A stretch of DNA of 31,462 nucleotides, taken from NCBI GenBank assembly GCA_038131935.1, contig JAYPQH010000009.1, forward strand, positions 1 through 31,462. Reading direction: 5' to 3'. Each line of letters begins with the position of its first letter. Position 1 is the first letter of the stretch. The notes beneath the pieces are model-generated. The model saw only the letters and a program-made list of their open reading frames with translations, had not been told where the DNA came from and did not search any database. A program made the translations under genes and the position numbers. Shown here in pieces: positions 9,560 to 19,375 of the stretch. Source of the DNA: Alphaproteobacteria bacterium (GTDB lineage Bacteria > Pseudomonadota > Alphaproteobacteria > UBA8317).

Positions 9560-10080
9560 ACATTTTGTTACACATGTTTTTCTCATGATGGTGATTATAT
9601 GTTTATCCAATTACTTGGTGCAGTTCCCTATAAACCTACCTGTACTTAGAGATTACCTTGACATTTGGTGCCCTGACATATCCCTTAGCATTTTTGTTAA
9701 CAGATCTTACCAATAGATCATATGGAGCCAAACATGCGCGATATGTTGTCTATATTGGCTTTGTGTTGGCTGTTGTGTTGTCTATTTGGCTTGCGACCCC
9801 AAGAATTGCCATTGCGTCAGGAACCGCATTTTTAACAGCGCAGTTGCTTGATATTACTGTTTTCAATTGGCTTCGCCATAGAACCTGGTGGCAAGCGCCT
9901 TTATGTTCATCGATTTTGGGTTCTATCGTTGACACATATCTATTCTTTGGCATTGCCTTTATTGGGGTTTTGGACAATTGGGGGCAGTTGGCATTCGGTG
10001 ACTTGTTGTTTAAATTTCTCTTTGCCGCAATGATGCTTATTCCGTTCAAATTTGCGGCAAAACGCATGCAAGCCGTGTGA
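9546..10080 (+). CDS. VUT family / queuosine precursor transporter YhhQ-like (frameshift near 9657)
   Basis: ATG 9546 reads ...SNYLVQFP..., then TFGALTYPLAFLLTDLTNRSYG, RIAIASGTAFLTAQLLD and DTYLFF.IAF. Confidence 0.88.
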
Positions 10081-10124
10081 TGACACGGAACAACGCCTCA
10101 TCACTACGCTTTAACCTTACAACG

Positions 10125-10150
10125 AATAGATTACCGTAATGTAATCTATT
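10125..10150. terminator. Inverted repeat between convergent genes, possible terminator
   Basis: AATAGATTAC-CGTAAT-GTAATCTATT, a perfect 10-bp stem. Confidence 0.45.
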
Positions 10151-10601
10151 TATGTGTGTTGTGCTTTTGATAGAAATTGGTCTTGATGGGTACTATTACA
10201 TCAATTTCGTTGCCATCGCTGGTTTGAAGTTTCAACTCTATTTGCTTCATGTCACGGGGCCGATCCCCAACATCAAAAAACATAATATGTTTTCCCCCGC
10301 GTTCTAACCTCAGGGTGCCTTGGGCTGGTATGGTGAGCTTTTCCACACGTCGCATCCGCATGATGCCATTATCATGTACATGGGTATGAAGTTCAACAGC
10401 ACCAACGTCCTTGGCCTGTCCAGAAATAATGTCAACGGGAACTTTGCTTTCATTGATAATTTCCATGAAACCCGCACCAATATTGCGTTCTGTGACACGT
10501 CCATGCGGATTTTGCACTTTCAGATCAGCTGCATAACAAACCTCAAAGGAATGTAGAGAACAGAATACCAAACCTACGGAGGCCACAAATTTATAAAACA
10601 T
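10146..10601 (-). CDS. Periplasmic copper chaperone PCu(A)C
   Basis: Signal peptide; ELHTH...GIMRM...L..GG.HIM copper-binding motif. Confidence 0.92.
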   Translation of the reverse strand: MFYKFVASVGLVFCSLHSFEVCYAADLKVQNPHGRVTERNIGAGFMEIINESKVPVDIISGQAKDVGAVELHTHVHDNGIMRMRRVEKLTIPAQGTLRLERGGKHIMFFDVGDRPRDMKQIELKLQTSDGNEIDVIVPIKTNFYQKHNTHK

Positions 10602-10671
10602 CGCACTTTCACCCTTCTTGTACTAGATATAGTTCCAGAACACATAAGATTATGGCACAAAAGGGGCAAAG

Positions 10672-11052
10672 ATGCGCAAAGAAGTCATTGAAGCGTCGGT
10701 GGTAGCAGGTTTAAAGGTTGCCTTTGCCGACGGGGTTCTTCAAGCACATGAACGTGAACGTCTCATACAAAAGATGCGTGAGCACATCTCAGGAAACATT
10801 ATCGCGCAGGGTCAGTTTACAAAATATATGGAGCAATATCTTGAAGCATATCGTCATCATGGTGTGAATATAGCACAAGCAACAGATGTTTGTTTGTCTC
10901 AATCTTTTTCCCATGAAGAAAAAGACGTAATTTTGCGTGTATGTATTGCAGTTGGATTGTCAAAAAAAGTAATGAGCTACGTTGAAAAGCGAGCTTGTTG
11001 TGAAGTTGCTTTACGCTTGAATATGGACCCTAAAACCTATGATCTTGAATAA
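10672..11052 (+). CDS. TerB family (tellurite-resistance-like) protein
   Basis: VAFADG...E...L and ILRVCIAVG.....EK....A..L.MDP pattern in a 126-aa helical protein. Confidence 0.75.
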   Translation: MRKEVIEASVVAGLKVAFADGVLQAHERERLIQKMREHISGNIIAQGQFTKYMEQYLEAYRHHGVNIAQATDVCLSQSFSHEEKDVILRVCIAVGLSKKVMSYVEKRACCEVALRLNMDPKTYDLE

Positions 11053-11965
11053 AAATGAAGCTATTTGGGTGGCAAGTTTATTGGCTACCAATCGCTATAA
11101 AATACTTAAGAAGGTTGATATGGCTGGTATGACCCTTCCTGCGTCTGTAGGTGGGGAAAAAACTGCCCTGTTTATCGATGTTGAGACAACAGGCCTCGAT
11201 CGTGAAAAAGACAAAGTAATTGAAATTGGTATGCAGCAATTTCATTTTGATCGAGAAGATAAGTTGGTTGGTTTGGGTGATAGTTATCAAGGATTTCAGG
11301 ACCCACTGGAGCCGTTGTCCGCGGACGTAGAACGAATCACTGGCATCACAAATGATGACCTCAAAGATAAGCAGTTGGATGAGATAGCAATGAACAAAAT
11401 TGCAGATGGATCTAAACTTATCTTAGCCCATAATGCGTCTTTTGATCGGCCCTTTATTGAACGTCTCTTGCCGCAAACCAAAGATATGGCATGGGCATGT
11501 AGCATGAAGGATGTGCCTTGGGATGATTGGGGTATCAAAAGTAAGTCTTTGGATTATATCCTCATGCAATATGGCTTTTATCATGACGCCCATCGGGCAT
11601 TAAATGATGTAGAAGCATGTATTCAACTTTTGGCGACAACGTTAGAAGAAGATAATCGCACCATACTTGATCATCTTTTGAAAACGGCGCGAAAACCAAC
11701 CTTTTTCCTCTTGCTCACACAAACACCCATCTCGTTTAAAGACCAACTTAAAGCGCAGGGATGCCAATGGTATCCAGAACAAAAGACCATGCCAAAGGGT
11801 TGGGGGCGTGTATTTGGAGAATATGAAGACATGTTGAACTTCATGGACCAAGTTCAAACATCAGTTGGTCAAGTGGATGCATTTTACTGCAAAGAAACTG
11901 CGTTTCAACGATACAAACTTCATCGTGAGTTTCATCAATTCACCAAGATTGATGCCAGGGGATAA
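11039..11965 (+). CDS. DEDDh 3'-5' exonuclease (DnaQ-like)
   Basis: ExoI FIDVETTG, ExoII AHNASFD, ExoIII HRALND; C-terminal KDQLKAQG.QW extension. Confidence 0.92.
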   Translation: MILNKNEAIWVASLLATNRYKILKKVDMAGMTLPASVGGEKTALFIDVETTGLDREKDKVIEIGMQQFHFDREDKLVGLGDSYQGFQDPLEPLSADVERITGITNDDLKDKQLDEIAMNKIADGSKLILAHNASFDRPFIERLLPQTKDMAWACSMKDVPWDDWGIKSKSLDYILMQYGFYHDAHRALNDVEACIQLLATTLEEDNRTILDHLLKTARKPTFFLLLTQTPISFKDQLKAQGCQWYPEQKTMPKGWGRVFGEYEDMLNFMDQVQTSVGQVDAFYCKETAFQRYKLHREFHQFTKIDARG

Positions 11966-11972
11966 CAAACCA

Positions 11973-12671
11973 ATGATTATTGAGAATTATCAATCTGTTG
12001 TTAGTGATATCAAACATGCTGCTGCATTGTCTAACCGGCAAGCAACCGACATTTCTCTGGTGGCGGTATCTAAAACATTTTCCGCAGATTGTATTCAACC
12101 ATTACTAGCCCACGGCCATCGGATTTTTGGTGAAAATAGGATCCAGGAAGTCGAGGAAAAATGGCCATATTTAAGGTCGTTATATAGTGATATACAATTG
12201 CATCTGATTGGCCCTTTGCAGTCCAACAAAGTTCGCAAGGCTATCCAATTGGTTGATGTCATTGAGACCATTGATAAGCCTGACTTACTCGATAGGCTAT
12301 GTCGAATTACACAAGAAGAAGAAAAATTTCCTGATATTTTCATTCAAGTAAATATAGGTGAAGAAACGCAAAAAGCGGGATGTTTACCAGTTAAGTTTTC
12401 TGAATTGGTTGCGATGGCAAGATCTGATTACAAAGGTCAACTGCGCGGAATCATGGTTATTCCACCTATTGACCAAGAACCAGCACCATATTTTGCGTGG
12501 GCAAGACAGCTAGCCGATGATGAAGGCTTGGAATCATGTTCCATGGGTATGAGCGGGGATTACAAAATTGCCATCGCCCAAGGAAGCAATTACGTACGCG
12601 TTGGATCCGCCATCTTTGGTCAGCGGGAAACCCAATCACACAAGGTCAACGATCCAATTCAACATCAATAA
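11973..12671 (+). CDS. yggS: PLP homeostasis protein YggS/PROSC
   Basis: LVAVSK, FGENRIQE, HLIGPLQSNK, SMGMSGDY, VRVGSAIFG. Start taken at ATG 11973. Confidence 0.96.
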   Translation: MIIENYQSVVSDIKHAAALSNRQATDISLVAVSKTFSADCIQPLLAHGHRIFGENRIQEVEEKWPYLRSLYSDIQLHLIGPLQSNKVRKAIQLVDVIETIDKPDLLDRLCRITQEEEKFPDIFIQVNIGEETQKAGCLPVKFSELVAMARSDYKGQLRGIMVIPPIDQEPAPYFAWARQLADDEGLESCSMGMSGDYKIAIAQGSNYVRVGSAIFGQRETQSHKVNDPIQHQ

Positions 12672-12897
12672 CCTCGTTGTCTCGGTTTTTTTGATGAATT
12701 TTTGACCAATCATTCATGAATGACTTCACCAAAAATACCAACAATCCAATGAAAGCAATGTAAGGCATTAAAAAGAGGATAAGCCCCATAATGAAAATTG
12801 CTCCAACGCCTACGCAAAAAATCACCACATGCTTGATCAACACAAATGCATATGGGTTTTCTGTGCGGTAATGGTGAATTTTGTGGTACCTTTTCAC
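12646..12897 (-). CDS. Small hypothetical membrane protein
   Basis: GTG start with GAGGAG SD, two hydrophobic segments and an acidic VIDVE tail. Confidence 0.6.
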   Translation of the reverse strand: MKRYHKIHHYRTENPYAFVLIKHVVIFCVGVGAIFIMGLILFLMPYIAFIGLLVFLVKSFMNDWSKIHQKNRDNEVIDVELDR

Positions 12898-12956
12898 GTA
12901 TGACTCCTCGATGGTAGTTAACCATTATTGTACACATTTCAGTTGTCGAGGAAACC

Positions 12957-13103
12957 ATGTCAAACGAAAAACCGAATCCTCGGGAAGCTCGATTGCAGCA
13001 AGCCTTGCGTGAAAATCTTAAGCGGCGCAAACAGCAGCAACGATATAGGCAAGAAAATTTGCCCAATAATGAGGAAGGCACAGATGGATGCACTAAAAAT
13101 TGA
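12957..13103 (+). CDS. 48-aa basic small protein upstream of murA
   Basis: [29 protein letters not shown]... with GAGGA SD. The [12 protein letters not shown] motif is typical of the small gene preceding murA in alphaproteobacteria. Not in the ORF track. Confidence 0.8.
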   Translation: MSNEKPNPREARLQQALRENLKRRKQQQRYRQENLPNNEEGTDGCTKN

Positions 13104-14349
13104 GGGGAATGGACCTTTAAAGGGGTCTATTCATGTATCAGGTTCAAAAAACGCCGCTCTTCCTCTCATGTGCTGCAGCCTTTTGTCAGATCAATCCTTG
13201 CAACTTTCTAACGTACCACATCTTGCTGACATCCAGACGATGCAAAGGCTTCTTCATGATATGGGGGTGGAGATATCCCACCATGATGATCTGATGACCA
13301 TGCGCTGTCATCATTTAAAAACGGCTGAAGCACCTTATGACCATGTCAGAAAAATGCGTGCAAGCATACTCGTCCTAGGTCCTCTCTTAACCCGTCATGG
13401 TCGCGCTAAGGTGTCATTGCCTGGTGGATGTGCTATTGGCACGCGCCCTGTAGATTTGCATCTTAGCGCTATGGAAAAGTTAGGTGCTCATATTGAACTT
13501 AGAGATGGTTATGTTGAGGCCTCAGTTTCAAATGGACTCACAGGTTCTAAAATAGTTTTTCCTAAGGTTTCAGTGGGTGCCACCGAAAATGCCATGATGG
13601 CGGCCACCCTTGCAAAAGGAAAAACAACATTAATCAATGCAGCTCGAGAACCAGAAATCATAGATTTGGCGCAATGTTTGCGCAGCATGGGGGCAATCAT
13701 TACAGGTGATGGCACTGACCAAATCATCATTGAGGGTGTTGATAACTTAAAAGGCACCACGCATAGCGTCGTTTCAGATCGCATAGAAGCAGGTACATTT
13801 ATCTTATCAGCCGTCGCTACCCGTGGTATCGTTTCCATTCACGGTGCCCGTGCGGAACATCTAACAGCACTCATAGAAAAACTTGAAAGAATGGGGGTTA
13901 ATCTCTCACTTCAGGAGAACCAAATCATCGTAGATGCGGAGACTTGCGGCCCACTCACACCAGTGGATGTGGACACACAACCATATCCCGGTTTCCCAAC
14001 AGATTTACAGGCTCAAATGATGGCAGTCCTGGCACAATGTCCAGGGGATGCTCTGTTGACTGAAAATATTTTTGAAAATCGTTTCATGCATGTTCCTGAA
14101 CTGATCCGTATGGGGGCAAATGTAACGTTAAAGGGCCCACATGCACGTGTAAGAGGACAAGCTCAGTTAAAAGGTGCACCCGTGATGGCAACTGACTTAA
14201 GGGCGTCTGTATCCCTTGTAATGGCAGCCCTTGCAGCGGAGGGAACAACCATTGTGAAACGCGTCTATCATCTTGACCGCGGGTATGAAAAACTCGAAGA
14301 AAAGCTGTCTGCTTGTGGGGCAAAAATTGAACGAATTAAGGATTCTTAG
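13084..14349 (+). CDS. murA: UDP-N-acetylglucosamine 1-carboxyvinyltransferase
   Basis: [48 protein letters not shown]. True start is ATG 13084 (MDALKI). Confidence 0.99.
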   Translation: MDALKIEGNGPLKGSIHVSGSKNAALPLMCCSLLSDQSLQLSNVPHLADIQTMQRLLHDMGVEISHHDDLMTMRCHHLKTAEAPYDHVRKMRASILVLGPLLTRHGRAKVSLPGGCAIGTRPVDLHLSAMEKLGAHIELRDGYVEASVSNGLTGSKIVFPKVSVGATENAMMAATLAKGKTTLINAAREPEIIDLAQCLRSMGAIITGDGTDQIIIEGVDNLKGTTHSVVSDRIEAGTFILSAVATRGIVSIHGARAEHLTALIEKLERMGVNLSLQENQIIVDAETCGPLTPVDVDTQPYPGFPTDLQAQMMAVLAQCPGDALLTENIFENRFMHVPELIRMGANVTLKGPHARVRGQAQLKGAPVMATDLRASVSLVMAALAAEGTTIVKRVYHLDRGYEKLEEKLSACGAKIERIKDS

Positions 14350-14351
14350 TC

Positions 14352-14765
14352 ATGCCAAAGCGTGTCTACATTATCGACCCTGATGATATTTTAGCGCTCT
14401 CTAGCACACTTCAAGATGCGATCATACGTGCCAATGACATTCGGCATTTGCCCCAGTCTCAACAATTATTGCTGTCTGGTTCTCGCCTTGTTCAAGGACC
14501 TTCCAACGCCCTGCGTCAAAACTTTTTGATCCGTATTTTTCATGTGGGTTCTGTTCAAGGGCGATATTTTGACCAAAGAAATGCTGGTGATTTTTTTGTG
14601 TTGCTTCATATTAAGTTGCAACATGATGATCGACAGTTGTTGTTACAATTCGCAGGTGGCGCGGATCTTAAAATTGATATGAAGTCTATATATATGGAGT
14701 TAAGTGATCATGACGAACCCTGGCAGGCTAAGGCCTTGCCCAGCCATGATGATGAGACCTATTAA
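14352..14765 (+). CDS. DUF2948 family protein
   Basis: D.DD...LS..LQDA and L.FAGG..L motifs; conserved position between murA and hisD. Confidence 0.85.
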   Translation: MPKRVYIIDPDDILALSSTLQDAIIRANDIRHLPQSQQLLLSGSRLVQGPSNALRQNFLIRIFHVGSVQGRYFDQRNAGDFFVLLHIKLQHDDRQLLLQFAGGADLKIDMKSIYMELSDHDEPWQAKALPSHDDETY

Positions 14766-14798
14766 CCAATTTCAAATTACCAACATAATGGATTTTTT

Positions 14799-16100
14799 AT
14801 GCCTGAAATATTACGTTTCGATCAGAAGAATTTTTCACAGTGCGTTTTGTCTCTTATTGGGCGCAAACGAGAATTGTCTTCTGATATCCGCGAAAATGTT
14901 GCCCGTATCATCGAAGAGGTGCAAAAAAATGGCGATGAGGCAGTTATTTCATTAACATCAAAATTTGATGGGCACTTGCTAGAACAAAACTCCATGCGTT
15001 TAAGCCAGGATATTGTCGAGCGAGCTGTTCGTGAAACGCCCACCCAGTTGATGGATGACCTTCGGTTTGCTGCAGAGCGAATAAGGCGTTTTCATGAATT
15101 GCAACTTCCTCAAAATATGTCAGCAGCAGATGGGGCAGGTGGGTATTATGCCATGCAATGGACGCCCGTAGATGCGGCAGGTTTGTACGTTCCCGGTGGT
15201 CAAGCAGCCTACCCAAGCTCCGTACTCATGAATGCTGTCGCTGCTCAGGTTGCAGGTGTGAAACGTCTAGCTATGACTGTACCAACGCCTCAAGGATTAC
15301 CTAATAACACCGTATTGGCTGCGGCGCATTTGTGTGGGATCGAGGAAATCTATCCTATTGGCGGTGCGCAGGCTATTGCTGCTTTGGCGTTGGGCACACA
15401 GAGTATAATGCCCGTTCATGTGATCACTGGCCCTGGCAATGCCTATGTTGCAGAAGCAAAACGGCAATTGTTTGGGAATGTAGGTATCGATATGATTGCT
15501 GGTCCGTCTGAAGTCTTGGTTGTTGCAGATCAGTCGTTAGATCCAAATATTGCAGCCATGGATTTACTTGCCCAAGCAGAACATGATGAAGATGCTCAAT
15601 CCATACTTTTAACAGATAATGAAGACTACGCTCAGGATGTTATAAAATCGGTTGAGCATCATCTGAGAACACTTCCCAGAGCGGAAATAGCGGGAGAAAG
15701 CTGGCGCACCAACGGAGGGGTTATTTTGGCACCAAGAACCGCTTTTGGTGATGTTATCAACATGATCGCTCCTGAACATTTAGAGCTGGCAATTAAAAAC
15801 CCTGATGAAGTTGCGCAAACCGTTAGACATGCAGGGGCCATATTTATGGGTAGCAAAACACCAGAGGCTGTTGGCGATTACGTTGGTGGGCCTAATCATG
15901 TGCTGCCAACATCACGCAGTGCCCAATTTTCCTCGGGCTTGTCGGTATTTGATTTCATGAAGCGAACCACAAAACTCCATTGTACAGACGATTCGCTTGC
16001 TATCTTAGGTCCAGTAGCAGCAAGACTTGCTGATGCCGAGGGCTTAGGTGCCCATGCGGCATCTGTTCGTATGCGTCTTGGCTGTAAACACAAGGGGTAA
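14799..16100 (+). CDS. hisD: Histidinol dehydrogenase
   Basis: GLYVPGG.AAYPSSVLMN, GPGNAYV, IDMIAGPSE, QAEH, APEHLEL, GPNHVLPT. Confidence 0.99.
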   Translation: MPEILRFDQKNFSQCVLSLIGRKRELSSDIRENVARIIEEVQKNGDEAVISLTSKFDGHLLEQNSMRLSQDIVERAVRETPTQLMDDLRFAAERIRRFHELQLPQNMSAADGAGGYYAMQWTPVDAAGLYVPGGQAAYPSSVLMNAVAAQVAGVKRLAMTVPTPQGLPNNTVLAAAHLCGIEEIYPIGGAQAIAALALGTQSIMPVHVITGPGNAYVAEAKRQLFGNVGIDMIAGPSEVLVVADQSLDPNIAAMDLLAQAEHDEDAQSILLTDNEDYAQDVIKSVEHHLRTLPRAEIAGESWRTNGGVILAPRTAFGDVINMIAPEHLELAIKNPDEVAQTVRHAGAIFMGSKTPEAVGDYVGGPNHVLPTSRSAQFSSGLSVFDFMKRTTKLHCTDDSLAILGPVAARLADAEGLGAHAASVRMRLGCKHKG

Positions 16101-16104
16101 ACAA

Positions 16105-16593
16105 ATGATTGCCGAGGATCATCGTCATCTTATTGATATCTCACTTGATGAAGATTCAATCGGCTATGTGTCTCAAGAAGTGGAACATGAACGAAAAGTT
16201 GCCATCTTGGATTTGTTGGAAGAAAATTATTTTGAGATCGTTGGGGTTGATCGCGGACCCTACGCATTGGATATCTCAACAAGAGATCGAAAGCTGGTTT
16301 TGGCTGTTCGTCATCATGCTGACGCGCCTGACCGTGTTTACCAATTTATACTATCGATGGCCCCATTTAAAACCATAATCAAAGATTATTTTTTACTTTG
16401 TGAGAGTTATTATGACGCAATAAGGCATGCGCCACCGCAACATATTGAAGCCATCGATATGGGGCGCAGAGGGATGCATAATGAAGGTTCAGATCTTTTG
16501 CGCGAACGCCTTAAGGGGAAAATCACCTTAAATCATGATACAGCCCGTCGACTTTTTACATTGATTTGTGCCTTACATATGAAGAGCGCATGA
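16105..16593 (+). CDS. UPF0262 family protein
   Basis: EHERKVAI.DLLEENYF, IKDYF..CESYY, IDMGRRG.HNEG, TARRLFTLIC. Confidence 0.93.
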   Translation: MIAEDHRHLIDISLDEDSIGYVSQEVEHERKVAILDLLEENYFEIVGVDRGPYALDISTRDRKLVLAVRHHADAPDRVYQFILSMAPFKTIIKDYFLLCESYYDAIRHAPPQHIEAIDMGRRGMHNEGSDLLRERLKGKITLNHDTARRLFTLICALHMKSA

Positions 16594-17048
16594 TGTTTGG
16601 ACCTAGGGGCGAACAATTACCGGGAGCAATTTTATTTTGTTGCAACCATAATTCCGTTCGATCACCAATGCTCTTAGGGCTGGCACGGCAACTTTATAGA
16701 AAGACCGTATTCCTAGACGCTTGTGGTGTTCACCATGGGGTTATAGATCCAATGATGATGGAGACACTCTCAGAGATTGGCGCGCCATTGCACGACTACG
16801 CACCTAAAACGTTTCAAGACATTGACCCAAATATGTTCGATTTGGTGATTACCTTAACCCCTGAAGCCCATCATCAAGCTATTGAATTAACGCATTACAC
16901 GGCACTAGATATTGAATACTGGCCAACTGAGGATCCAACAGTGTATGAAGGATCACGTGAGCGTCGTCTTGATGCGTATCGAAGTGTTCGTGACCATCTC
17001 CTGAAAAGGCTTCAAGCGCGGTTTCCAGCCGCAACATCGAGGTTTTGA
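16590..17048 (+). CDS. Low-molecular-weight phosphatase / ArsC-like protein
   Basis: P-loop C-X5-R (CNHNSVRS), FDLVITL and W...DP. Confidence 0.9.
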   Translation: MMFGPRGEQLPGAILFCCNHNSVRSPMLLGLARQLYRKTVFLDACGVHHGVIDPMMMETLSEIGAPLHDYAPKTFQDIDPNMFDLVITLTPEAHHQAIELTHYTALDIEYWPTEDPTVYEGSRERRLDAYRSVRDHLLKRLQARFPAATSRF

Positions 17049-17118
17049 TGGAATGGTCTTGTCACTGGATAAGAAACGTCGCATACCAATGCATGTTAGA
17101 TATTTAATAGGAATATGA

Positions 17119-17337
17119 ATGCCAAAAGAAGAGATGCTTGAATTCCCTGGTGTTGTTCGCGAACTTTTACCGAATGCAACCTTCAAAGTGGAACTAGAAA
17201 ATGGACACGAAATCGTGGCCCATACTGCAGGTAAGATGCGAAAAAACCGCATCCGTGTGCTCGCAGGTGATAAAGTACAAGTCGAAATGACTCCTTATGA
17301 CCTCACCAAGGGTCGTATCACTTTCCGTCATAAATAA
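17119..17337 (+). CDS. infA: Translation initiation factor IF-1
   Basis: MPKEE...LPNATF.VELENGH...[28 protein letters not shown]. Confidence 0.99.
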   Translation: MPKEEMLEFPGVVRELLPNATFKVELENGHEIVAHTAGKMRKNRIRVLAGDKVQVEMTPYDLTKGRITFRHK

Positions 17338-17909
17338 TGCAAACACCCATCATTCTCGCGAGTGCTTCACCGCGCCGCCAGGAACTTCTCGGCTTTATCA
17401 CAAATGACTTTATTGTTATTCCAGCAGAAATAGAAGAAGTCCCTCAAAAGAATGAAACCGCCAAAGGCTATGCGGATCGCCTCGCATTTGAAAAAGCTGA
17501 GGCCATATTCCAGCGTTACCCAGATCATTTTATTATCGGGGCTGACACGGTTGTATGTAAGGGTCGCCGCATACTTGAAAAGCCAAGAGATCGGCTTGAA
17601 GCTGAACATTTTTTGCGGTTACTTTCAGGAGGACGCCATCGTGTCTACACGGGGGTTTGTGTGTTGGCGCCTTCTGGTGCTCAGGTGCGAAAAGTTATCA
17701 TGTCTTCTGTGCGTTTTTTTAGGCTACATGATAAAGAGATAAACCATTACCTTGATAGCAACGAGTGGGAAGGTAAAGCTGGAGGCTATGCAATACAGGG
17801 CAGGGGTGCTTTATTGGTAAAGGATATACAAGGTTGTCACTTCAATATAGTTGGATTGCCAATTTCTGTCCTTGCACGCTGTCTTCGGGGTCTTGGTGCC
17901 ATCCATTAA
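17337..17909 (+). CDS. maf: Maf family nucleoside triphosphate pyrophosphatase (YhdE type)
   Basis: [29 protein letters not shown]. Confidence 0.96.
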   Translation: MQTPIILASASPRRQELLGFITNDFIVIPAEIEEVPQKNETAKGYADRLAFEKAEAIFQRYPDHFIIGADTVVCKGRRILEKPRDRLEAEHFLRLLSGGRHRVYTGVCVLAPSGAQVRKVIMSSVRFFRLHDKEINHYLDSNEWEGKAGGYAIQGRGALLVKDIQGCHFNIVGLPISVLARCLRGLGAIH

Positions 17910-17926
17910 ACTTATGGAGTATGCTT

Positions 17927-18157
17927 ATGAGTAGATCCTCAGTATGCCCAATATGCAAACATAATGCAAAAGAGATGTTTCACCCCTTTTGTTCCAAACG
18001 TTGTCAAGAAATTGACTTGCATCGGTGGTTACAGGGAAATTATGTCGTGAACGGCATAGATGGTGAGGCCAGCCATTTACCTATTGATGATGAGAAAGAA
18101 GACGAACGCCGCTCTTTTCTTGATGACCACCCAACACCATATCAAGATAAGACGTAA
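17927..18157 (+). CDS. yacG: DNA gyrase inhibitor YacG
   Basis: CPIC...PFCSKRC..IDL.RW zinc finger with an acidic tail; GGAG SD. Confidence 0.93.
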   Translation: MSRSSVCPICKHNAKEMFHPFCSKRCQEIDLHRWLQGNYVVNGIDGEASHLPIDDEKEDERRSFLDDHPTPYQDKT

Positions 18158-18174
18158 TTTTTGAGGGATCAGAC

Positions 18175-18642
18175 ATGGTAAAAATTTTGGTGACAATTAC
18201 AGCTACGATGCTTTTCACAACAATGTATAGCGCGAGCCATATGGCACATGCTGACATAAAACCAGAGGATGCTGCAGAATATAGACAATCTGTCTTTCAG
18301 ACCATGAAATGGAATATTGGCCACTTGGTTCGCATGATGAAAAACCAAGATGAGTTTAATGCCGAGGAGGCTTCTATTCTTGGCCAACGACTTCATATGG
18401 CAGGCGGCATGATTTTGGAGGGTTTCACCGACGACTCTGACATGGTCACAGGCAGCAACGCAAAATTAGAGATATGGGATGACCGTGAAGGATTTCAGAA
18501 AGCTATAGATACGTATTTGGTAGCAACCAAAGCCTTATCTCTTGCGACGAGTGGCGCCAAATCCCCAGCAGATTTCGCGCAACAAGTCCAAAATGTAGGG
18601 CAAAGTTGTAAAGCATGTCACAAAGCATATCGTGCAAAGTGA
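18175..18642 (+). CDS. Cytochrome c' (class II)
   Basis: Signal peptide, YRQ, AK.EIW and C-terminal CKACH heme motif. Confidence 0.95.
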   Translation: MVKILVTITATMLFTTMYSASHMAHADIKPEDAAEYRQSVFQTMKWNIGHLVRMMKNQDEFNAEEASILGQRLHMAGGMILEGFTDDSDMVTGSNAKLEIWDDREGFQKAIDTYLVATKALSLATSGAKSPADFAQQVQNVGQSCKACHKAYRAK

Positions 18643-18653
18643 AGGTTTATACA

Positions 18654-19325
18654 TCACAAGGTGAAAATAATTACGGAAACTGACAGCGTTATAACCATTA
18701 TAATAAAAGCTGTCAGTGGCCTTTCCTGAGTACTCTCCGCATTTATGTTTTTTCTCCCATGCCATAATGCTTGGATAATGTTCTGTTTTTTTCGAAATTG
18801 ATAATAAAAAACTGCAGCAGGATGGATAATCATCATCAAAAGTAGCAAATATTGTACACGATGGTGCAGAAATCCTGACCAATCTACCCAAGTTGAAGAT
18901 ACAAATTTCACGAGTGGTCCATCAGTAAATATACCATCAGAAGTCATCAGACCTGAAACAGACTGCAGCAATACCAATACCAACATTGCCAATACAGATA
19001 TTGACCCTGTTGGAGAATGACCTGGATAGCTGGATGGCACTGTATTTCTAAGGGTTAGGGGTAAAACATATTTTAATTTCATCATACTTCGTAGCATATG
19101 TTGAAAATGCGCATAATCACCCGCACACACCCCCCATATGATTCGAAAAAGAACGAGAGATAGACTAAGCCCTCCAAGCCACATATGAATTTGTGTACTT
19201 ACAACAATAATGCCTTCACCCGTGAGCCAGCAAAGTAAGACCGAAGCCGCAAAAAACAGGTGGAATAGCCTTGTGGGGATAGACCAGACTTTACCATTAC
19301 TTGTATAGTTGTGGTTGATCTTCAT
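18654..19325 (-). CDS. Cytochrome b (Ni-hydrogenase b-type / b561-like)
   Basis: VW..PTRLFH, H.W.G, FRIIWG, GHSP.G, GPL; commonly adjacent to cytochrome c'. Confidence 0.9.
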   Translation of the reverse strand: MKINHNYTSNGKVWSIPTRLFHLFFAASVLLCWLTGEGIIVVSTQIHMWLGGLSLSLVLFRIIWGVCAGDYAHFQHMLRSMMKLKYVLPLTLRNTVPSSYPGHSPTGSISVLAMLVLVLLQSVSGLMTSDGIFTDGPLVKFVSSTWVDWSGFLHHRVQYLLLLMMIIHPAAVFYYQFRKKQNIIQALWHGRKNINAESTQERPLTAFIIMVITLSVSVIIFTL

Positions 19326-19375
19326 TTTACCACCGAAACATTATTCTAAGACTTCTCTAATGAATAGTAGGGATT

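Noticed and set aside
10620-10635. GTAC-N8-GTTC upstream of terB-exonuclease as a LexA box
   Set aside because: The alphaproteobacterial box is GTTC-N7-GTTC; both spacing and one half-site are wrong.
11039-11965. Calling the exonuclease dnaQ (Pol III epsilon)
   Set aside because: It has N- and C-terminal extensions typical of a separate DEDDh subfamily and is not in the usual coaE-dnaQ context.
12928-13083. N-terminal extension of MurA in the ORF track
   Set aside because: MurA homology starts at MDALKI (13084), and the region encodes a separate small protein in another frame.
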